In this document: positions 25,393 to 37,856 of the stretch, piece after piece
Layout of the letters: every line of letters starts with the position of its first letter
Position numbering within the stretch: position 1 is the stretch's first letter
DNA from: Octopus bimaculoides
Taxonomy: Eukaryota
Assembly (NCBI RefSeq): GCF_001194135.2
Contig: NC_068981.1
Location: forward strand, 188,756,700-188,820,699
DNA length: 64,000 nt
Reading direction: 5' to 3'
Made by a program: the position numbers and the translations under genes
The notes under the pieces: generated by a model
Told to the model about the DNA's origin: nothing
The model's database searches: none
What the model saw: only the letters and a program-made list of their open reading frames with translations

Positions 25393-25922
25393 GAATCCCA
25401 AGGTCTATTCAGGCACTACTGTTGCAAATGACCATTAGGTTTATTAAGGAACAATAGCAACAGAATTAATAATAGTTACAGAAGGTAATCTTGAACTTCA
25501 ACTTAATGTAGAGGTTGTGTTAGAACACAGAATACGGCATTATCTACCACGAGAGAACCACCTCTCATATGGACTTGTGGTGAATAAAAAGAATGACTCT
25601 GAATTGATAAGGAAAGGTTCCTATGATAATGCCAAACGAAGGGAGCATTAGCAGGTAATGCCAAGTCTGAAAACATTCTGTTGCATTTGTGTGATAAAAC
25701 ATGATTGAAAGAGAATTAGTTTGTAAATTGTAAATTTCCTTAATTGGTATCCGGGATAAATGACAATTAGTATTTGGTGGTGAGCAGGTTGAATTGTTAA
25801 AGAGCTGGAGAAAATGTTTTGTTGCACTTCTACAGACTTTTTACATTCTGAGTTCAAATTTGCCTTTAAATCCACTTGAGTGTGATTTGATAGAATACGG
25901 TGCCAGTCTAGCGGGGGTCAGG

Positions 25923-26165
25923 TGGAGGCATGTGGATTAGTGGTAAGGGTGCTGGATTCATGACATTAAGATTGTGGTTTCGATTCCTGAACTGGGTGAT
26001 GCATTGTATCCTTGAGCAAAATACTTCATTTCACATTGCTCCAGTACACTCAGCTGGCAAAAAGGAGTTATCCTGTGAGGGACTGGTGTCCTGTCCTGGT
26101 GGGAAATATATACGCCACTGAAACCAGGAAACCAGCCCTCATGAGCCTGGCATGGCTTGAGAAGG
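25923..26165 (+). mobile_element. SINE family D, diverged
   Basis: Colinear with 22033-22282. Confidence 0.75.
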
Positions 26166-26742
26166 AAACAAGTCAGGGGTCAGTTAAGCTTAATGGTAAA
26201 ACACTCAGCTGGAATCTAGTGGAGTCATTGATATGAACTACTTCTCCTTGCCCTCAAAACTGTTGACCTTGTGCTGAAATCAGAAATAATTTTAATTAAC
26301 ATCATTATTATTATTCCTTTCTACTATAGGCACAAGGTTTGAAATTTTGGAGCAGGGGCTAGTCAATTACATCAATCCCAGTGCTCAGCTGGTACTTATT
26401 TGATCGACCCCAAAAGTATGAAGGGCAAAGTCAACCTTGGCAAAATTTGAACTCAGAATGTAAAGACAGACAAAATGCTGTTGAGCATTTTATCCAGCAT
26501 GCTCATGACTCTGCCTTTATTACTAAACTTTACAATTGGTTGGTATTGTATGATAGCTACAGTAATACATATACTCATTGAACCAATATTATAGTTTTTT
26601 CTCAAAGTTGGTATCACTTGACAGGTAAATCTAATTGGGAATTGTAATTTAGTGACAGAAAATAACAGTTCTATATTTCAGAGATGAGGAATTATTTACA
26701 TTATTTACAATTGACGGATATTTGTCCTCATTTTGTTTGTTG

Positions 26743-26787
26743 TTAACATGTTTCAGCTGATATACCCTCCAGCCTTCATCAGGTGTC
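26743..26787 (-). ncRNA. degenerate hammerhead ribozyme copy
   Basis: CUGAUGA-A-GGCUG..CAGCU-GAAACAUGUU; the 3' strand of stem I is disrupted. Confidence 0.45.
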
Positions 26788-26857
26788 TTGGGGAAATTTC
26801 GAACCTGGGTTCTCATTCCTAAGGTATTTTTCAATATTATTATTATTATTATTATTT

Positions 26858-26931
26858 AGGTCACTGCCTCGAATCGAACTTAGAATCTTGGGGTTAGTAG
26901 CCTGCGCTCTTAACCACTATGCCATATGCCC
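26858..26931 (-). other. tRNA-derived Pol III head (SINE-type, not a functional tRNA)
   Basis: GGGCATATGGCATAGTGGTTAAGAGCGCAGGCTACTAACCCCAAGATTCTAAGTTCGATTC: A box TGGCATAGTGG, B box GTTCGATTC; acceptor stem does not close; followed by (AAT)n. Confidence 0.75.
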
Positions 26932-27026
26932 TTTCAATTCCAGACAGTGATCTGAATAATGATGATAATAATAATAACTTCGAAAAATACCTGAGGAATG
27001 AGAACCCAGGTTTGAAATTTCCCCAA

Positions 27027-27073
27027 GACACCTGATGAAGGCTGGAGGGTATAATCAGCCGAAACGTTGTGTT
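27027..27073 (+). ncRNA. minimal type-I hammerhead ribozyme (PLE-type)
   Basis: GACAC-CUGAUGA-A-GGCUG(11 nt)CAGCC-GAAA-CG-UU-GUGUU: stem I 5 bp, stem II 5 bp, palindromic ACGU stem III. Confidence 0.7.
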
Positions 27074-27409
27074 AACAACAAACAAGATGAGGACAAATAT
27101 CTGTCAAATGTAAATAATGTAAAAAATAACAAAATAAGGAACAGTCATAGAAAATTTAGAAAGTAATTATTGTCAGAGTTAGTCCAAAACAAATCCGAAA
27201 TAAGGCATTTCCTCTCTTTTCTTTTCTTCGGTATCTTCATATAACATGTATAATAAATCATATGATAGCTTCTCCTCTATAGTAAGACAAATATCTCTGT
27301 CCTATCATACTATCATACTCTAATCTCTTGCCTGGCACACAGCCACTTCATCCTTGGTTCCACTTCTTCTCTCAACTAAGAGGTCTTTGTCTTGCAAGTT
27401 ACTAGGCAA

Positions 27410-27635
27410 CCTGCTGGTGCAGTACTACACACAAAGCACTTGTGCTGATGCCATGTAAAAGGCACTCTGTATATTCTGTAAAATGGTTGGTGTTAGGAAG
27501 GGCATCCAGCCATAGAAACCCTGCCAAAACAGACAACTGGAATCTGATGCAGCTCTCTAGCTTACCAGCTCCTGTCAAACTGTCCAACCCATGCCAGCAT
27601 GGAAGACAGATATTAAATGATGATGATGATAATGA
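27410..27635 (+). mobile_element. SINE family A
   Basis: Core and (GAT)n tail. Confidence 0.8.
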
Positions 27636-29165
27636 TGTGAATTTGTTTGTCAAAATATTAGTTAATGATTTAGCATTTTCTAAAATATTTCTCCAAAGTA
27701 ATATTGAGACAGATTGCTGCATACCATCAGAACCATACCTGCTTACTTACTTACCAAGTGCAATACCACAGATGGAGAATTTGCCTTGCATTTTCTCTGC
27801 ATCAGTAAAATAAATATCAGTGATATATTAATCAAGTATGTCAAATAAGTACACCAACCTTTCTTATGCATTCGGCTGTTGTCTCCTAATGATACTCAAG
27901 AAAATATTCACTGTATATCATACATTTTTAACACATATCTTTGTCTAGATATAACATGAAGGTTTGTTTTCCATCTTGCATATTTTCCATCTATTTTTAT
28001 AAAGAAAGTGTATACAGTTTCAATTACTTATTATTATCAACATTGTCACCTTGCCAAAGACTAAGTCTTTAGATACACTGGTACCACATTCTTGGTAATG
28101 TCTTAATTCAAAACAGACTTTGCTTTAGCTTCAGGTAAACCGTGTAGACTGAAATCACAGTTTATTTTCTATTAGAATTTAGAGAGATATTGTGAATAAA
28201 AGCTGTCAGTCATTTCAGTCAACCAATAAATGTTCAATGGAATAGATGCATTTATATTAGCCAGAGTTACCTCCCAGTCCTTGTAACAATAATCAATTAC
28301 ACTGCCTTTTTATTCTCTTTTCCCTTGATAAATAATAAAAGTTTTCAACTTGATCAGTTTCATTGTTACAACAAATATTTTCACATCTTTCAAAACTTTA
28401 CAACTATACATTGAAAGCAATTCACAATGTAAAACTAGATACCAAGCAACTTCAACAAATAAAAAAAAAAAATACACATACACACAAAATAAATAAATAA
28501 AAGAAGTTTAATTATTTCCAAATCTTAGTCTGAAAGATATATGATTTATTGATATTTTCAAAGATGTTTTATCATGGCTATTGGATGCTCTTGTTGTTAC
28601 GCTTCATGACGATGAATGCTTTTTCCAATTATATTTCAATTAGGCCCAAAGTGCCCTTGGGATAGCCAACTACACTTTACACATCCTGTAGAAGTTAATG
28701 CTTACCATTTATATTAACAATGTTGAATGTTTAGATTTGATTGCTAGAATATACAATGATTATAAATCCTGTAGGCTTTTGTGATTAAGTAGTCCACTTG
28801 GTGGGTTTGCAGTTGTGAGTTTGAATCCCACTACATAACACATTGGGAAACTGGTTTTTTTTTTTATTATAGATTTATGCCTTTGGAATGAAACTTGGTT
28901 GGCAGATCATCATCATCATATTTATTCTTCCATGCTTTCATGGGTCAGATTAGAGTATATTGAGGCAGGATTTCTATGGCTGGATGCCCTTTCTCTCACC
29001 AACCTCTTCTCATTTCCAAATGGGGTAATAATCTCTTAGTCTATTGAACAACAAACTGCCCAGACATGCTTTTGTGGTGGACTGCTGGTTAACAACACTC
29101 TTAGGAAGCCAGTGTTTACAAACCGGCATGCCAGAGAGAAATATGCAGTTATACACATATATATA

Positions 29166-29199
<34 letters not shown>

Positions 29200-29209
29200 N
29201 NNNNNNNNN

Positions 29210-29246
<37 letters not shown>

Positions 29247-30357
29247 TACATATATGTATCCTTGTACACATACACACATTAAAATAAATACAGTGGGCTT
29301 CATTTTGTTTCCATTTATCAAATCCACTCACACTGCTTTGGTCAGTGCCAAACAGTGGGACTCTGTATGTAAGTGTCTTTGTGTAAACTGGTATAAATAT
29401 CTTAAAAGTATTTCTCACTAAAGGGACTTTACACTGTAAAAGTATGTTACCTCAACCATTCAACTAATGATAGTAAAATAAGTACCAGACACATCTGGCA
29501 TTGATATAAAAAATATTTCATAAGCCCTTGAAGAGAGTGCTCTAGCTGGGCTACAGTTCAATAAGCTGTAAAAGAATAAAAAAGACTCATACAATATTTA
29601 TATAATGTTTGTCTTGGAATATATTCCACTTGATAACTTATTTTATCGTTCTTAATCTAATGAATGGTTGTGGTAACCTAGTTTCTGAGAGTTAACTCCC
29701 TTTGGGTTGACTTCTCAGCTTGAACCTGAAACGATGAAAAGAAAAGTCAACCCCAGCAGACTTCCAATTTAAAACATAAAAACACATAATTACACACCTC
29801 ATGCTATCTTGTCAGGTGCTCAACAATTTCTGTTATTTTCTCACCCAATAAGAAATGATTTGGACTTTTGGCAAATTTTCACTTGTGATTTAATATTTTA
29901 TAAAACATTTCTCCAAAGTTATTTTGAAGCAGACAATGGCAAAGACGAGACAGTTGATAGCGATACGTTGCTTTATGATATCAGCAATTCACTTAACAAG
30001 CAGTAACACTGCTAGAGTAGAATTTGTCTTGCATTCTTTTGGTGTCAACAAAATAACTCTTAAATTGTATTACTGTAGCATAAATAGAAAAGACAACAGT
30101 AGATTGGCAGATTAGCAGAACATTAGAGTTGTCTGATAGAATGTACTGTTATTTGTTCCAAATCTCTGTGCTCTGAGTTCAAATTTGGCTGAAGTCAACT
30201 GTGCCTTTCATCCTATCAAGGATGACAAATAAAGTAGCAACTGAGTGTTAGTGCAGCCCTCTCTCCAGATATCAAACCCTACATATACTGCTGGATCAAT
30301 CATAGGAAAGTTAAGAAGGTGTTTGTGCCATCTTGCACCCACATAGGTACCATAGAC

Positions 30358-30632
30358 CAGTGCTACTCAAAGTGGTGGTCCACAGACCGGCACCCGTATG
30401 AGAGCCATCAGCTGCCGGTACGTTTCCAGAAAAGAAAGAAATATTATAAAATGCTTATGTAATATTGTATTATTTGTTTACAAAATAAATATATGATAAA
30501 AAAAAATTGTCAACATTTATTATATTCATTATATATATTGTTTCCAGTATAAATTAATATTACTAAGAAATATCACTGGTCACTGGCATATTGGAAAAAA
30601 AAAATTGCCATCAGATAGTTTGAGAAGCACTG
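30358..30632. mobile_element. hAT/Charlie-like MITE
   Basis: TIRs cagtgctactcaaa / tttgagaagcactg; 8-bp TSD ccatagac/ccatagat. Confidence 0.85.
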
Positions 30633-31180
30633 CCATAGATAATTAGTTGAAGCAATGATATACACTACTGAGTGTTTTTTCAACTGTGACAGCAGCACAC
30701 AGTGATGACAAGGTGTTCACTGTGAAGCCCACCTAAAGGGGTCGCTGTATATTTTTCTGCGACTGGAGACATTTTTACAGTGTACCTGATGGGCAGTAGA
30801 GATGGTTGATACATTAATACCAATTCAATTAGGGTCAGTACTCATATTAAGAAAATCAATAAATCTATAATATTTTAAAGATATGTTGTGTTGTTTTAGT
30901 CAAGTTGACTCTGTCGCAAACATTTGGAACAGATTTCCAGCCTGAGATTAACCTCTCTCGCCAGTTTTGGAGGGGTATAAAAGAGGTCATGTAAGCTACT
31001 GCATATCCTTAGTCTTTCTTGTCCCTATCTTCCTAGATACACCTATTCATAGTAATAATGAGATGCTTCTGGCTAGAGTACCTTTAATCATAGATTTGCT
31101 CAATTACAGCTGACCTGAACTTAAACAACAACATATCCAATTTATTATATATCTTCTACTTTCTATCTTCCTTATATACG

Positions 31181-31452
31181 TATATATCGTTGCTATTATG
31201 CAAAAGTATCGTAAGTCCAAAACATTGCTTTTTCAGAAAATGAGAAAATAGTCTCGCCATTCCATCGCAAAACTGTTGTACATCACTTACGACAATTTTT
31301 GATATCTTGGCATCTGAAGCAGCTGGAGATATGATAGTTTGACCAAAAGAACCAGATGTTGCACGTAAAAATAAATATTGAAAAAAAAAACAAAAAAAAA
31401 CATTTGGCCAGATTTGGACATATGATGACACTTTAACATAATCAATGATATA
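31181..31452. mobile_element. Tc1/mariner-like MITE
   Basis: Terminus tatatcgttgctattatgcaaaa; reverse-complement copy at 45153-45413. Confidence 0.7.
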
Positions 31453-31477
31453 CACATATGTATTTATATATACACAT

Positions 31478-31625
31478 CATCATCATCGTTTAACGTCCGC
31501 TTTCCATGCTAGCATGGGTTGGACGATTTGACTGAGGACTGGTGAAACCGGATGGCAACACCAGGCTCCAATCTAAATTTGGCAGAGTTTCTACAGCTGG
31601 ATGCCCTTCCTAACGCCAACCACTC
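31478..31625 (-). mobile_element. SINE family A (low-divergence copy); inverted fragment at 31675-31708 runs into the gap
   Basis: catcatcatcgtttaacgtccgctttccatgctagcatgggttggacg... Confidence 0.85.
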
Positions 31626-31984
31626 CTATATATATACACATATATATAAATATACACACACGCACATATATATTTGGTTCACCAGTCCTCAGTCAAACCG
31701 TCCAACCCNNNNNNNNNNNNNNNNNNNNNNNNNNNNNNNNNNNNNNNNNNNNNNNNNNNNNNNNNNNNNNNNNNNNNNNNNNNNNNNNNNNNNNNNNNNN
31801 NNNNNNNNNNNNNNNNNNNNNNNNNNNNNNNNNNNNNNNNNNNNNNNNNNNNNNNNNNNNNNNNNNNNNNNNNNNNNNNNNNNNNNNNNNNNNNNNNNNN
31901 NNNNNNNNNNNNNNNNNNNNNNNNNNNNNNNNNNNNNNNNNNNNNNNNNNNNNNNNNNNNNNNNNNNNNNNNNNNNNNNNNNNN

Positions 31985-32015
<31 letters not shown>

Positions 32016-32465
32016 TTCACTCTTGTATACAGTCACCCATGCAACACAAATTACTTAAAATTCTCGTTAGTTTGCCTTATAATTCCAATATAGAATACAT
32101 TTAAGATTCACAAAACACTTTCAGATGATCATATTCCTGATATTCTTCTATAATGTTGAACTTTCTAACTTTCTGCTTTCATTAAACTCATTTCACAAAC
32201 ATTTATGGAACTTATAAGAGGCTCTGTGTGTGTGTGTGTGTGTGTGCGCGCACGCACATGCATGAGTATGATGTAAAATTAAGTAGAAGAAAATCTGCGA
32301 ATATGCCAACACACACAAGCTTGAGACATGGCTGCCCTCATGCACTTCTCATGAGGAATTCTGGAAGGAACTTCGTGAGACCACTGCAGAGACAATTCCA
32401 AACAAAAAAAAAAATTCAGTAACTGTTGGAAAACTGATTACAGCAGTGACTCGATCAATTCCTAG

Positions 32466-32509
32466 TGATATCTGAAGAAGGAATTTTTATATTCCGAAAT
32501 ATTATATCA
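32466..32509 (+). ncRNA. minimal type-I hammerhead-like motif
   Basis: UGAUAU-CUGAAGA-A-GGAAU(6 nt)AUUCC-GAAA-UA-UU-AUAUCA: stem I 6 bp, stem II 5 bp. Confidence 0.6.
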
Positions 32510-33054
32510 GACTATGATTAAATTATCACAGTTATTATAGTCCACACTGCATTGTTGTGGCATTCAAGACGTGTAATATTTTATAAATAATAATTCATGC
32601 AAGTCCTAGTTTAACTGTGTCCTTGTCAAAATTGTAGTCATGTCATTTTCTATCAATTTCAAACTGGATTTGAAAATATTCAAGAATAGTGATTTAATAT
32701 CAGTCGTTTTAAGCCTGAGTGGTAGCATTCTCTTGGAGCATTGTGAGCCCATAGAGGGCCCAGCAATTGTCAAGGGGCTATTGAAAGTTTAAAGGGGTTA
32801 TGATGTTTTTAGAAATAAAATATTTAAACCAAGTACAATACTTATATTTTAAACACATCTTCAAATAATAATAATAATAATAATAATAATAGCAACAATG
32901 GTTTCTAAAATAGGCACAAGGCCTGAAATTTTAGGAATGAGGTTAGTCGATCATATGTACTTCAATCAAAAAATATATGGTTTTGAAAGGATGTTATTTA
33001 TTAAAATCAAAGCAAAAGATGTGTTTTGTATTACTGCATCAACTTTATTTCATT

Positions 33055-33470
33055 TGTGGCTGTATGTGGTAAGAAGTTTTGCTTCCTAACCACATGGTTC
33101 TGGGTTCAGTCCCACTGCATGGCACTTTGGGTGAGTGTCTTCAACTAAAGCCTCAGGCTGACCAAAACCTTGTGAGTGGATTTGGTAAACAGAAACTGAA
33201 AGAAACCTGTCATGTGCATATGTTTGTGTGTGTATGTATGTATGTATGTATATATATGTGTGTGTGTGTGTGTTTGTCCCCCACTACCACTTGACAACTA
33301 GTGTTAGTACATTTATGTTCACTAACTTAGTAGTTTGGCAAAAGAGATTAATAGAATAAGTACCAGATTTTTTTTTTAAATGTGCTGAGGTTGATGCATT
33401 TGACTAAATATTCTTCAAGGCAGTGCCCCAGCATGGCCACAGTTAAATAACTGAAACAAGTAACAGATAA
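33055..33470 (+). mobile_element. SINE family C
   Basis: Colinear with 13032-13448. Confidence 0.85.
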
Positions 33471-34337
33471 AAGGTGGAGTACTTAATATGGGTAATGTAT
33501 CACTGCACAAAATTACCTCTTAATTGTTTGGAATTAATTAATCTCTTTATTTTGCACACAACACGAGGTGGTATGTAAAATGACAACTCAGTAAAAGGGA
33601 GCACCGAACTACAAAAGGTTGTGAACTATTGTTCTGCACTTATTAATTATGAAGGTTTTTTTTTTGTTTTGTTTTCCTGAGTCTCAATTCTCTAATGTTA
33701 AAAAAAAAAAAACCCACAAAAGATTCAAAAACCAAGATGAATCTGTAACTTATGAAGTTGTAGCAATGACACTATTTTGTGTGAGATCTGTTTTGAGATG
33801 AAACAGCTGCAGACTACATTATACAATTCATGAGATATATATAACTTCTGTTTGTTTACTTATGGTTTTTCAGCTGCAAATATGACTTCCTGTAACTCTC
33901 TATGCTGATGGCTTGGCTTTTTTTTTTTCTTCTTCTATACTACACATGAATGACCAAATGTTGCTAGATTCAGTGACCATGAAAAGATATTTATTACAAA
34001 AAGCCAGTCATATTTCTATATAATAGCATTCAGGTATCACTGCATAGCAGCAGTATAATCAACCAATAGTTTATATAGTTATACACACACACATACCGGT
34101 ATCATATTGTATATCAAAAAGGTATATCACAGGTGTATTCTGAGAGACTGACACCCATTCTAACTCCCTGAAGATTGTAAAGGTGTATTTTAGGGTGTTC
34201 ATTTTTTGTAGCTTGAAAATAACTGATTGTTTAGCCCAAGGTCAGTCCTGACTCAGCCTGCATATGATCATAAGTGCTCCAGGTGGGAATCTCTCTTCTT
34301 TTCATCAGACAGTTTATCTAGGACTATATCGTCCACT

Positions 34338-34540
34338 CGCAATGGCCCAGTGGTTAGGGCAGCGGACTCGCGGTCGGAGGATCGCAGTTTCGATTCCCAG
34401 ACTGGGCGTTGTGTGTGTTTATTGAGCGAAAACTCCTAAAGCTCCACGAGGCGTCCCATCCAGCTGGTGGGGGGGGACACATATGCCAAAGAAACCGGGC
34501 CCATGAGCCTGGCTAGGCTTTAAAAGGGCGCATGAATAAA
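34338..34540 (+). mobile_element. SINE with a distinct tRNA-like head and the family D tail
   Basis: Head aatggcccagtggttagggcagcggactcgcgg..gtttcgattccc; 12-bp TSD atatcgtccact (34326-34337, 34541-34552). Confidence 0.85.
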
Positions 34541-34778
34541 ATATCGTCCACTATATTGTTCAATGAGGGAATCTCAGCCTGCTAGAAATAGCAGTCAGTA
34601 TCCTTCAAATTACATTATATCATCTTAGTAGAAGACATGTAAGATAAGGAAGTAGTGGATGCACTGTGTCTGAAGAAAATACAGGATGGCCACAATTAGA
34701 ATGGCTTTGATTATAGGTTTAATCAATGAGACCTGATCTGAGGATAAGCAACAACTTTTATCGGCCAATATAAAGCAG

Positions 34779-35012
34779 AGGGCAGTGAGCTGGCAGAAGC
34801 GTTAGCACGCCGGGCGAAATGCTTAGCGGTATTTCATCTGCCGTTACGTTCTGAGCTCAAAATCCACCGAGGTCGACTTTGCCTTTCATCCTTTCGGGTC
34901 AATTAAATAAGTACCAGTTATGCACTGGGGGTTGATGTAATCGACTTAATCCCTTTGTCTGTCCTTGTTTGTCCCCTCTATGTCTAGCCATCTGTGGGCA
35001 ATAAAGAAATAG
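34779..35012 (+). mobile_element. SINE family B
   Basis: 11-bp TSD atataaagcag (34768-34778, 35013-35023). Confidence 0.9.
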
Positions 35013-35274
35013 ATATAAAGCAGCAGTTGATGGGCAGAAGAGTTATTGTTCGATAAAATATTTTTTTTTTTGGACCTTTAGTTTCTGAGTTCAAATCTAG
35101 CCAAGGCCAGTTTTGCTTTATATCTTTTCAGAGTTGATAAAATGAGGGACCAGTCAACTCTTGAGTTGATTTAATCGACAGAACCCAAACCCCAAACCCC
35201 AAATTTTCAGGCTTTCTGCCCCTGAAAGAAGATATCCCTATTAAGCTAAATTGATGGTGGACATATCTCTTCTG

Positions 35275-35670
35275 TTATTTTTCTTCTACTTGCTTCAGTC
35301 ATTAGACTGTGGCCATGCTGGGGCAGCACCTTGAAGAATTTTTAGTCAAATGAATTGATACCAGTACCTTTTTGTTTCTTTGTTTAAGCCTGGTACTTAT
35401 TCTATCAGTCTCTTTTGCTTGACCACTAAGTTACAGGGACATAAACACACCAACACCAGTTGTCAAGTGGTGGTGGTGGTGGTGGATACAATGAAACACA
35501 CACACACACATATATATATGATGAGCTTCTTTCAGTTTCTGTCTACTATATCTACTCACAAGGTTTTTCTCTGCCTGAGATAATATCAGAAGAGATGTGA
35601 CCAAGGTGCCATGCAGTGGGACTGAACCTGAAACTATGGGGTTGAGAAGCAGCCTTTTTACCATGCAGCC
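35275..35670 (-). mobile_element. SINE family C
   Basis: Reverse complement of the 33055 type. Confidence 0.85.
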
Positions 35671-36136
35671 ACCTTCAAGTTCTTAACATTTCAGTGAGAG
35701 CAATATCATTCAGTGTCAGTCCCTAAGGATGCTGAATCTATTATCAGAAACACAAAGATAACATTTAACACTGTCATATATGAAAGCAGCTGCTACAAGT
35801 AATTTAATTAACTACCATACTGTCCTTAATTTATTATTGGTGCTTCAAATATGAGCAGAAAATTGATATTGCTGTAAACGTGCTTTATCTCTCCATCATA
35901 AATCTGAACTCCACTTTTAATAATTGCCACACCTGAAAGTTAGCTATTATAAAACAATCTCATTACCTGAACATAAAAATCTGTCAAAATATTTTTGTTA
36001 CCAATAAAGAGTGTAGTTTAATAATAGTTCATACACCAATCACAGATGTTACTATAAAGTTATTACTATGATAGTATTGTGAAGATATTTTAGTGCATAT
36101 TTCCATGGAATCCTCTTTAGAACTGTCATACTATAC

Positions 36137-36459
36137 CAGAGGTTCTCTAACTTTTTGGGCCACTGCCCAACTCCTGGCCCCCAGCGCCCCCACCCCTATT
36201 TTAATGTATAAATAAATATTTTATATTCTACTAATTTATATATATTATGAATCATTTGATATTTAATAAAATATTATATAATTTGTATACAATACTATAA
36301 TAATATTATAAAAAGTTCATAGTGTCCCCCAATCTACTGCCTTCCTCCCAATGCCTCCTTTTTCTCTACTGCACCCCACCATCCTCTTAGGCACCAGCGC
36401 CCACCTGGACAGTCTCAACGCCCACCAGGAGGCAGTAGCACCCACTTTGAGAACCTATC
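36137..36459. mobile_element. hAT-like MITE
   Basis: cagaggttctc ... gagaacctat termini; GC-rich subtermini; no clear TSD. Confidence 0.55.
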
Positions 36460-37856
36460 TAACACTTATTTAATTGTAGTCCTTGTAGTTACTTATCTTA
36501 ATATGCTATGTAGTGTATCACTTTTATATTGCTACCTTCAATATGACTATTGGTTTATTATGATAACATTAATTCCATCACCTATCCCTGGATGAGCTAT
36601 CACTTAGTGGTATAAAACAATGGCATTTTTCTCAAAGCCTAGCAAAGGCACTTATCTTCTCCTTATAATTCACACCTGCAGAAGGATGAGAACTTTGTTA
36701 ATATGAAATAAAAATGTTTCATTGGGACTGTTGTATTTCCATGTACAGACATGTGACAGTTTCTCTCCAGAAAAAAGAACAAGTAACAAGTATAACCAAA
36801 CTTCCTTGGGACATGAACAAAAATAATGAAATATCTTATTATCAGATGGAACTGGTGATGAGGAACTAAAAGGTTGGGACTCATTTAGCTGCTGCTGTTT
36901 TGAGAATTTGAAAGAGGTAACACCTGTGATACAATTGTGTTAGCAACTAGCTCTGCTCTAACACGGTTACAATTCTTTCTATCTCACTTGGTAACCATAT
37001 GGGTTTAGCAGTGCTCCTCCTATTCAATTATTTTGCCATGTGTTATTACACTAATTAAGATATTTGATTTTTTTCTTTTTGTTTTCTTACTTTCCCAGCA
37101 TACTGTTCATGTTATATTACAACATTTTTTATTTCCCATAATTGTTTATTGTCGCCAATTTTGATAATGAAAGCCACTATATCTAGATGTATCTATAGTG
37201 TTTTCAAAAATACACCCAAGATATTGACTTATTTAAAGTAAAAGATGTAAGAACGGTAGCTGATGACTAAAGATATTTTTCTCCTCGTCTCACTCTGTTC
37301 CTAATTAGCAGAGTAAATAAAATCAACTTATGTGAAGCTATGAATACCTGAAGTCTTTTGAATTGAATAAAGTTTACAATCTCATTGAGGATTGTCCCAG
37401 TAATTGCAGAGATTGCAACAACAATTAGTTTGACAACAAAAGTAACATCATAATATCTATATATTGATTACATTAGCTAATTATGTAACTTTCTATTTCT
37501 AAATTAAAATCTTCCCATAATCTTCTTCCTATAAAATTTGGAAATCTTCCTGACAAAAGATCCCTATTGACTTACAACACTTCAAAAGTTGTTATTAAGC
37601 ATATCGATATCCTTTAAAATTCCCCTCTGTTTAATTCCGTGGAGATAACAAAAGAATATAAGAAGTAAGTTTCCTTTTTTCAAACAACAAATAATTTCAG
37701 AAAAACAAACAGAAATTGGGTTTTGTGTATTAAGAAACTACACACTTCGTTTTGTAATTCATTGCTTCTGATTTCAAATCACACCTACGTCAACTTTAAT
37801 CATTCCATTATAAGTACTAATAACATTATAGTATTGATTCAGTCGATCGTACTCAC

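Larger units (their letters stand above)
26666..27123. mobile_element. tRNA-headed, hammerhead-containing PLE-like element present as a head-to-head inverted pair
   Basis: Full copy on minus 26931->26666, truncated inverted copy on plus 26933->27123; flanking direct repeat aaaataac(a) at 26659 and 27123. Confidence 0.8.

Noticed and set aside
26858-26931. Functional tRNA gene (also heads at 22033 and 34338)
   Set aside because: Acceptor and anticodon stems do not close; each is followed by SINE bodies or tails.
6856-35972. Minus-strand YAG|GTAAT juxtapositions at about 6860 and 35968 as recursive splice sites
   Set aside because: Donor halves are suboptimal and such motifs are expected by chance in 64 kb; the host gene is itself unproven.
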